DNA of 64,000 nucleotides from an uncultured Mollicutes bacterium (GTDB lineage Bacteria; Bacillota_I; Bacilli_A; RFN20; CAG-826): NCBI GenBank assembly GCA_945936135.1, contig CAMESG010000001.1, positions 194,748 to 258,747 of the forward strand, read 5' to 3'. Shown piece by piece: positions 57,437 to 64,000 of this stretch (position 1 is its first letter; each line of letters starts with the position of its first letter). The notes under the pieces were generated by a model. It saw only the letters and a program-made list of their open reading frames with translations, ran no database searches and was not told where the DNA came from. The position numbers and the translations under genes were made by a program.

Positions 57437-57570
57437 ATATTGAAAAGGAAATGTATGGCAAACGTTAACGAGGCCTAAAGGATCCTATAAGTTTTGCTTT
57501 CGTTATAAAGGGGAAGAGAAAGTTCGGCACATCAAAGAAACACCGCGGGATTTTCCGAAAAAACGTTCAA

Positions 57571-58869
57571 TTATATATCTAAGCTATCCTTATTTAACAA
57601 AAAATCAAAAATTCCAATAATTGTTATTCCTTCTTCGGTAATCCATGCTTTCCTGTTCTCTTTCACCACAATTATTTTTTTAAAATTATCCGGAATATTC
57701 AACAATGGTCTTTCTTCTTGTATCGTCTTCTCTCTTGTAGGCAACGACAAAGCGGATTGGACGTAATATTTTTTATTGAATTGGTTGCAAACGAAATTCA
57801 CTTCGATCTGTTTTTTGTCGTATCCTTCTCTTATTGGCACAACTCCGACATCAACATTGTACCCCCGAGAAATTAATTCGTTGTAGATAATGTTCTCCAT
57901 GATGTGGGTTTCTTCTTGCTGATGAAAATTCAGCCTGGAGTTACGAAGTCCAATATCAGAAAAATAATATTTCAATGGTGATTGGATATACTTTTTTCCT
58001 TTAATGTCAAATCTCTCCGATTTATCGATTAAGAACGAATCTTCCAAATACTTTAAATAATTTGAAATCGTATTGATTGATACTTCCTTAATCCCCATGC
58101 TCTCAAAGGTCTTTAGAAGAGTATTGGGATTGGTTAATGAACCAATTGACGACGCGAGAATATTGATGATCGAATCCAAAACGTCGATCCTTTGGACTTT
58201 GTTTCTCTCTACGATATCCCCTAAATACGTTCGATCAAACAATTGCTTCAGATATCTGCTTTTTTCGCTTTCGCTCGGAAAGGATAAAATTCTTGGCATT
58301 CCCCCATAGGTCACATATTGTTCCCACGCATCCTCTTTGCTTCCCTCAAACGCGGAATAGAATTCGCTAAAAGAAAGAGGAAATACGCGAATTTCATCTC
58401 CTCTACCTCTAAACTCTGTAATGATGTCGGATGATAGAAATTTCGAATTGCTGCCGGTTACATAGATATCCAAATTTTCAATATGCAGAAAACCGTTTAG
58501 CACGGACTCGAAATCGCTTACTTTTTGCACTTCATCAAGTATCAAATAATACATTTCATTATCGGTAAGAAGGCTTCTGATATAATCATCCAATACATCG
58601 GGGTTTAAATATTTATTGTTTCTCCTCTCATCCAAATCCAATTTAATGACATGGTTTTCCTTAACTCCCGAATTTAGAAGGTACTCTTTGTAAATTGGGT
58701 CAAGGAGAAATGATTTTCCACATCTTCTCAATCCGGTTACGATCTTAACGAGGCCATTTTCTCTTTTTTCGACTAATTTCTTTAAATATAGATCCCTATC
58801 TATCCTTTTCATTTTTCCCACCACTGAATATTTTTTCCAATATTGGAAATATTTTTCAATGTCAACCAT
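57571..58869 (-). CDS. AAA+ ATPase (AAA_14-like) / DUF4143-like family protein, in second AT-rich island
   Basis: ...LVKIVTGLRRCGKSFLL (Walker A)...YYLILDEVQKV (Walker B)...YVTGSNS... A DUF4143-like C-terminus follows. The gene is strongly AT-rich relative to both flanks. The real start may be the internal MKRIDRD at 58812. Confidence 0.7.
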   Translation of the reverse strand: MVDIEKYFQYWKKYSVVGKMKRIDRDLYLKKLVEKRENGLVKIVTGLRRCGKSFLLDPIYKEYLLNSGVKENHVIKLDLDERRNNKYLNPDVLDDYIRSLLTDNEMYYLILDEVQKVSDFESVLNGFLHIENLDIYVTGSNSKFLSSDIITEFRGRGDEIRVFPLSFSEFYSAFEGSKEDAWEQYVTYGGMPRILSFPSESEKSRYLKQLFDRTYLGDIVERNKVQRIDVLDSIINILASSIGSLTNPNTLLKTFESMGIKEVSINTISNYLKYLEDSFLIDKSERFDIKGKKYIQSPLKYYFSDIGLRNSRLNFHQQEETHIMENIIYNELISRGYNVDVGVVPIREGYDKKQIEVNFVCNQFNKKYYVQSALSLPTREKTIQEERPLLNIPDNFKKIIVVKENRKAWITEEGITIIGIFDFLLNKDSLDI

Positions 58870-59003
58870 CCTTCACACAGCCGAGAAGGCAAATGGCGAT
58901 AGCCCAATGAAGGCGGATATTTTCCATGCCGCAACGGCAGACCTCGTCTCCCTCTTGCGAAAAAAAGGAGCTTCTTCTATTTCGATCCATATAAAAGAAA
59001 GGA

Positions 59004-59036
59004 TGAAAGTATCGAAAAAGCCGTCGGGGCGAATGC
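59004..59036 (-). terminator. rho-independent terminator after large lipoprotein gene
   Basis: Minus-strand AGCCGTTTGGGCATTCGCCCCGACGGCT hairpin followed by TTTTTCG. Confidence 0.5.
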
Positions 59037-59066
59037 CCAAACGGCTTGATTCGTTATCAAACGATC

Positions 59067-61832
59067 TTATTTAAGGATGAACCATTGGAAGAGTTCGTCG
59101 GAGTCGCCATCGCTGCCGAGACCAACGCCCTGTTCGTAGTATTCTTGCAAATAATCGTCGTACCCACCGACATAGTAGAGAATGCCGATCGCGTTCCTCG
59201 ATTTGTCGATGCTGACTTTGATGATTTCTTCCGCGTGGTAGGCACCATAGTAGTCTTCATCGTCCCATTCGTCGCCTTTGAAGGTAAGGAAGTCACCCGT
59301 GCCCGTCGGGTTATGCTTATAGCCGAGGTTGCGGGTCTTGCTGCCGAACTTCAAGACCGCCTTGGACCAGCCTTCGGGCTTCGTGCCATCGCGCTGGACG
59401 TATTGCTCCTCCGTGAATTCAATCGTGGAATTCGCGACAAACCAGGAGGTGTCGCTGTTGCCGTTCGGCAACTTGGCCTTCGTGGTATCGAGGTCGGCGG
59501 TGTAGGTCTTGCCGACGATCGAATCGCCCATCGTGGAGGTCGGGCCGACTTCGACCGGGATCGTGACCTTGCCATCGCTATGGAAGTCGAGGTCCATCGT
59601 CGGGTCGCTGATTGACAGCTTGACGGTCTCGGAAGCCGTGTTCGTCATCTTCGTCGCATCGATCGTAAGGAGGTAGGTCGGGTAGCCGTTGATGGAGACG
59701 ACGTCCGGTTTGACGCGATCCTTGGAAACGGAGACTTCAAGGTTGGGATTGCTCGAAGTGACGCTCGGGGCGGCATCGCTTTCGGTCGGCGTGGCCCAGA
59801 GGTAGACGTCGATCTTCTCGCCGGCGCTCATCACGACTTTCGAAGAAGTCGGGACGTAATCGCTGTCCATGCCACCCAAGGCGGTCGGGGCGGTCACGCA
59901 GTAGTCGCGGACCTTGACGGCGTTGCCGACGCTGACGTTCACCGAGGCGAGGTTCTTGCCCAAGTGGTTGCCAATTTGAACGGTCGAAGAGCCTTGCTTG
60001 GCCGCTTCCCAAGCGTAGCGGCGCGCGGAGCTGCGGGAGATGACGGATTCATCACTTGAAGCAACGACGCCGTATTGCCAGGCATCAAGCGCGGTCGCGG
60101 GGCTCGTCTTCATGCTGACCAAGGAGGTCGCGGAATCATCGCCCGGGCGCTTGGCCTCGTCGATCATCTGGCCGACTTGGACGTGGTTCTTCTCCATGTT
60201 CTTGCTCGTGATCGAGACTTCGTCGATGCTCGAAACGAAGTAAGGGGCGGTGTCGAAGTCCGGGGAACCGGCTTTCGGGGCGCCATAAGTGTAAGAAACG
60301 TTCATCTTACGACGGGTGAGGGGCTTGGTGTTCGGCTTCGCGGAACCGCCGTTTTTCAGGTCGTTCTTGTCGAAGTTCCAGTTGGATTCGTCGTAGTAAT
60401 TGCCAAGGAATTCAACACTCTTTAAGGTCGAATCCAAGTTGAATTCGATCTTGATGTCGTAGGCGTAGCGTTCGATCTTGGTCGCTTGTTCGTAGGTCGA
60501 GGCGGACGGATCGTAGTTCTTCCAGGAGCCGATGTTGACGGTGTAGCCGTTGCTATTCTCTTTCGAATCGACGGTGACTAAGGAGGCGACCAAGTCATCT
60601 TCGACGTCGAAGGCGTAACGGAAGCCTTCCGCGATCTCGCGGGAAATGCCGTACATATTGTGGCTCGGCATCCCGATCTCGCTCTTGGCACGGGTGTTCG
60701 TGACCTTGAAGCTGGCGAGTTCGTCCGTGTCTTCATCGTAGGCATCGACCGCGCGATAAGTGCCAGAATAGACGAAGTCATCGCCGCGGACGGAATCATC
60801 GTAGAAGCGTTGATCGTCGCCGGCTTTCTTGGCTTCGATATAGTTATCGACGACCACGTACTCGTCGCCTTTCAAGGCGCGGTAGACGTAGGATTCATCG
60901 CCAAGGTTATCAACGGAGACGCCAAGGGAGGCGTTGTTCTCGTAAAGATCCCAGGTGTAGGTGTCGTTCGCGAGGAAGTTATGATAGGAAACGTGGTTGA
61001 GGTTGCGCGTATAGAAGGCGCCGCCATCGAGGACGCCGCGCCCCGCGAAGTCGCCGTTGAACAGTTGATAGACTTCTTTGACGTCGGTCGGGGCGTGCAA
61101 GATGCCCGTGCGGTAGATCGTGACGGGCTTCGCCGCGGAAGGATCGACGGAGATCTCGTAGATGGCGTTGCCGCCTAAGACATAAGAAGCGTTGCCGCGA
61201 CCCGGTTCGTAATAACCGAAGCTATGGTCGTGATCGACGTCGGTCATGTCGTAGACGTGGCCAAGGAGGCTAAGGGTGACGGTCGAATCGTTTTCGACAC
61301 TCACCGTGCCTTTATAGGTGTCGTCTTCTTGCTTAGGCAAGGCCGCGGCGATATCGCCGGATATCGTGCAATCGCCTTCGACCTTGATGCGGCATTCGAT
61401 GACCGCGGAGGTATCCGGCATAACGAAGGTATAGGTGGTGTCGTCAACTTTGGTGAGCTTCGAAGCATCGCCATTGAGGGTGACTTCGGTCACGGTCACG
61501 CCGCTAGAGGCCGTGACGGTGAGGGTGACGAGTTCGCCCTTCGCCGCTTCTTCTTTATCCGCGACGATCGTCACGCCGTTTTGGGAACGGACGACGATGC
61601 GATAGGTCTTGATCTCGGAGGAAGACGAGCTGCTTGATTCCGAAGAAGAATCGGAGCTCGTCTTAGAATCGCTCTCGGAAGAATCTTCGCTGGTCTTCGA
61701 ATCATCGCTCGTGACGTCGGAAGTTCCGGTATCCGAAGTGATGTCGGAGCTCGACGCGTTGGGGGTTTCGCCGCAGCTCGCGAGCAAGGTGCCCGCCGCA
61801 AGCACGGCGAGGAAACGCAATTTGGAATTCAT
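59067..61832 (-). CDS. large surface lipoprotein (921 aa), function unknown
   Basis: MNSKLRFLAVLAAGTLLASCGETP is a lipobox. A ~60-aa Ser/Asp/Thr linker follows, then beta-rich repeats. There is no catalytic motif. Confidence 0.65.
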   Translation of the reverse strand: MNSKLRFLAVLAAGTLLASCGETPNASSSDITSDTGTSDVTSDDSKTSEDSSESDSKTSSDSSSESSSSSSSEIKTYRIVVRSQNGVTIVADKEEAAKGELVTLTVTASSGVTVTEVTLNGDASKLTKVDDTTYTFVMPDTSAVIECRIKVEGDCTISGDIAAALPKQEDDTYKGTVSVENDSTVTLSLLGHVYDMTDVDHDHSFGYYEPGRGNASYVLGGNAIYEISVDPSAAKPVTIYRTGILHAPTDVKEVYQLFNGDFAGRGVLDGGAFYTRNLNHVSYHNFLANDTYTWDLYENNASLGVSVDNLGDESYVYRALKGDEYVVVDNYIEAKKAGDDQRFYDDSVRGDDFVYSGTYRAVDAYDEDTDELASFKVTNTRAKSEIGMPSHNMYGISREIAEGFRYAFDVEDDLVASLVTVDSKENSNGYTVNIGSWKNYDPSASTYEQATKIERYAYDIKIEFNLDSTLKSVEFLGNYYDESNWNFDKNDLKNGGSAKPNTKPLTRRKMNVSYTYGAPKAGSPDFDTAPYFVSSIDEVSITSKNMEKNHVQVGQMIDEAKRPGDDSATSLVSMKTSPATALDAWQYGVVASSDESVISRSSARRYAWEAAKQGSSTVQIGNHLGKNLASVNVSVGNAVKVRDYCVTAPTALGGMDSDYVPTSSKVVMSAGEKIDVYLWATPTESDAAPSVTSSNPNLEVSVSKDRVKPDVVSINGYPTYLLTIDATKMTNTASETVKLSISDPTMDLDFHSDGKVTIPVEVGPTSTMGDSIVGKTYTADLDTTKAKLPNGNSDTSWFVANSTIEFTEEQYVQRDGTKPEGWSKAVLKFGSKTRNLGYKHNPTGTGDFLTFKGDEWDDEDYYGAYHAEEIIKVSIDKSRNAIGILYYVGGYDDYLQEYYEQGVGLGSDGDSDELFQWFILK

Positions 61833-61857
61833 AAGGGGGTTCCTTTCTTTTTGTATC

Positions 61858-62691
61858 TTAGGCAGCCTCGCCCGGCACCATGACGCCGAGCAAGGCGTTG
61901 TTCGTATGCATGTGCATGTAGGTCCCGGAAGCGTGCATGTAGATGCTGGCTAAATTGAAATCGGGGATCGTCCAGTTCGTGACCGAGAACGAATACCAGA
62001 GATCGGCAAGGTAATTGCCACCCGTCAGGGTTTCGTCAAGGGCGATGTTGAAGGTCGCGCCGTTGAGGTTCACGCCTTCGCTATCGTATCCGGACATAAC
62101 CGCCGAGCCACCGTCGAGGAAGGTGACGTCGAAATCGCCGCAGAACGAGACGAATTCGCGTTTCACTTCCCAGTGGTCGACGGAGATCAAGTAATCCAAG
62201 GCGTCTTCTTTCGCGACGCGGTTTTCAACGTTGACCACCATGCGGAGGTGGATGATGCCTTCATCGTCTTCAATGATCAAGTGGGTCTTGCCGGCCTTCA
62301 AGGTATGGAGGTACCAGGCATCGCCCTTCTTCACGATCGTCGCGACGCTCGGACGATCCGTGTAGACCACGGCCTTGCTCGTATCGGCCTTGTTGAAGCT
62401 AAACGCCAAGAGGTGGTCGTAATCGACGATCGCCGCGAAGCCAAGGCGGAAATCGCTAAGCTCGCCGGAACTTCCGACCGCGATGTCGAAGGTCACGTCG
62501 CTAAGATCTTCCAAGGGTTCATCAACGCTCGTGGACTCCGAGGTCTTTTCGCTGCTCGCGGGGGAATCGGACGTCGCCTCGCTTGTATCGATGCTGCTTT
62601 CACTGCTTGATTCGCTAGCCCCGGGCTCTCCCCCGCACGAGGTCAAGAGCATGCTCGCGGCAAGCGGCAAGAGCAACCATGTCTTCTTCAT
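61858..62691 (-). CDS. surface lipoprotein, function unknown
   Basis: MKKTWLLLPLAASMLLTSCGGEP is a lipobox, followed by a Ser/Glu-rich linker. Confidence 0.6.
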   Translation of the reverse strand: MKKTWLLLPLAASMLLTSCGGEPGASESSSESSIDTSEATSDSPASSEKTSESTSVDEPLEDLSDVTFDIAVGSSGELSDFRLGFAAIVDYDHLLAFSFNKADTSKAVVYTDRPSVATIVKKGDAWYLHTLKAGKTHLIIEDDEGIIHLRMVVNVENRVAKEDALDYLISVDHWEVKREFVSFCGDFDVTFLDGGSAVMSGYDSEGVNLNGATFNIALDETLTGGNYLADLWYSFSVTNWTIPDFNLASIYMHASGTYMHMHTNNALLGVMVPGEAA

Positions 62692-62860
62692 AATTCTTCT
62701 CTACTCCTTCCGCGGAAGAATCGTAACGATTTCCCCGCGTCTCATCTAGGTTTTAGCCCTCTTATCCATAGGAAAAGAAAGCCAACTGCGAGTTAGGATA
62801 ATGGAGGAACAAAAAAATGCAAGCAAAAAAGAGGCGTTTCGCAAGCCCCCTTCGGTTGAT

Positions 62861-63712
62861 TTAGTCTTCGCGGTAATAAATCACGGAGAAGGCGTGCGGC
62901 CCGCAATGGATCGCGACCGCTCCGCCGGCTTCGACGGTGACCACGCGCTTGAAGCCCCTTTCGAGGCAACGCTCCTTCACCTTCTCGACCATGTCTTCCG
63001 GCATGACCGTGTGGGTGACGATGGCGAGGTCTGGATCGAACTTCGGCGAGGTCTTCTCGACGTCATCCACGTAGTCATAAAGGACTTTGGACAAAGGGCC
63101 GCGGAACTTCTTTCCGACGGTCAACGCCCCTTCTTCGACGATGAGCTGAGGATGGATGCGAAGGATATTGGCCCCGAAGGCCAGGATCTTCGTGCATCTG
63201 CCCCCTTTCGCGAGGTAATCGAGCTTCTCGATCAAGAAGGAGACTTGGATCTTGTCTTGACGTTCGATCACCTTCTTCGCGATTTCTTCGTGGCCGAGCC
63301 CTTCTTTGACAAGTTTCGAGGCATAGACGCATTGAAGCCCGACCGCGGAAGAGAGGGTATGGCTATTGATCAGGGTCACCTTGCCTTCGAATCGAGGGTC
63401 CTTCAAGGCCTCGACCGCATGGCTATAGGTGCTTGAAATCCGATCGCCCAAGGCGATGTGGATCACGTGGTCGTAGGATTTCAAAAGCTCGTCGAAAAAT
63501 TCTTGATAGGCGAATTCGTTGACCGCGCTGGTCTTCGCGAGTTTGCCGGTCAAATCGACGTAATCGTAGATCTTCCGCGGAGGGAAGGTTAAGTCGACAT
63601 ATTGTTCCTCGCCCATGATGATCGTGAAGGGGACGAGGTGGATGTCACACTCCTCGAGGAGCTCCTTCGGGAGGTCGAGGGCGGTTTCAGAAGAGATGGC
63701 GATGCGTTCCAT
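62861..63712 (-). CDS. DegV family fatty-acid-binding protein
   Basis: 283 aa. MERIAISSETALDLPKELLEECDIHLVPFTIIMGEEQY... matches the DegV N-terminal pattern. Confidence 0.85.
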   Translation of the reverse strand: MERIAISSETALDLPKELLEECDIHLVPFTIIMGEEQYVDLTFPPRKIYDYVDLTGKLAKTSAVNEFAYQEFFDELLKSYDHVIHIALGDRISSTYSHAVEALKDPRFEGKVTLINSHTLSSAVGLQCVYASKLVKEGLGHEEIAKKVIERQDKIQVSFLIEKLDYLAKGGRCTKILAFGANILRIHPQLIVEEGALTVGKKFRGPLSKVLYDYVDDVEKTSPKFDPDLAIVTHTVMPEDMVEKVKERCLERGFKRVVTVEAGGAVAIHCGPHAFSVIYYRED

Positions 63713-63777
63713 GCCCTTATCTTAGCCTCGAAACAAAATAAGTCCACCCATAAAGGGTTACGGCGGACTTCTTCTTT

Positions 63778-64000
63778 TCATTCTCGTTCAAATCCCTGCT
63801 TTTTGTTCAACATTAGATACGGGGCAAGATCGTCTAAGGGGTTGAATCTGGCGGTCGCGCGGTAAAGGGGATAGAACAAAAGCAAAGCCCCGAGGATCGA
63901 GACGATTGACGTGAGCAAGGCCGCGGGGAGTTTGGAAAGAGAGACGATCCACGCTTCTTCCGTTCCCATCCCAAGGAGCAAATTGATCCCGAAACGGAGG
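63778..64000 (-). CDS. membrane protein, C-terminal part (gene likely continues past the window end)
   Basis: Hydrophobic ORF ...LPAALLTSIVSILGALLLFYPLYRA. The reading frame stays open to the window edge. Confidence 0.3.
   Translation of the reverse strand, partial: LRFGINLLLGMGTEEAWIVSLSKLPAALLTSIVSILGALLLFYPLYRATARFNPLDDLAPYLMLNKKQGFERE

Noticed and set aside
57520-58920. Short direct repeats flanking the second AT-rich island (ATTTTCC at 57553 and 58900) as possible target-site duplications
   Set aside because: Only 7 bp are shared, which is indistinguishable from chance. Stated as not supported.

Overview
The window is a gene-dense 64-kb chromosomal segment. Background GC is roughly 55% and most genes lie on the minus strand. 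It appears to come from an anaerobic, lipoprotein-rich Firmicutes/Mollicutes-like organism. Evidence for that guess: many Cys-lipobox surface proteins with Ser/Thr/Asp-rich linkers, a Mycoplasma-style Opp system, an [FeFe] hydrogenase, rubrerythrin and Rex. No CRISPR array, integrase or rRNA was found.

Recognisable core genes:
- M20 dipeptidase (partial), type III pantothenate kinase, RimO, amylomaltase MalQ.
- galK and galM with an iron-type alcohol dehydrogenase and an AraC regulator.
- A GPH/MFS sugar symporter.
- A five-gene opp operon (oppA-B-C-D-F) with Mollicutes-like insertions.
- tRNA-Phe, tRNA-Asp and an initiator tRNA-fMet.
- LeuS.
- A Rex-headed trimeric [FeFe] hydrogenase operon (hndA/C/D-like).
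- Rubrerythrin, DegV, and an ABC-2 exporter pair.

Accessory content, which is the interesting part:
- Three copies of a stand-alone AAA+ ATPase (AAA_14-like N-terminus fused to a DUF4143-like C-terminus). Two are intact and sit in sharply AT-rich single-gene islands at 49.0-50.5 kb and 57.6-58.9 kb. The third is frameshifted and lies next to tRNA-fMet, behind three 23-bp-spaced direct repeats.
- A truncated IS-type DDE transposase.
- A triplicated small Ig-like lipoprotein family.
- Twin tail-anchored surface proteins sharing a C-terminal module.
- A secreted HEXXH metalloprotease lipoprotein next to oppA, with a shared upstream motif.
- Several decaying genes: GH3 glycosidase, AraC regulator, histidine phosphatase.

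All calls come from reading the translations and motifs by eye. No database search was run.
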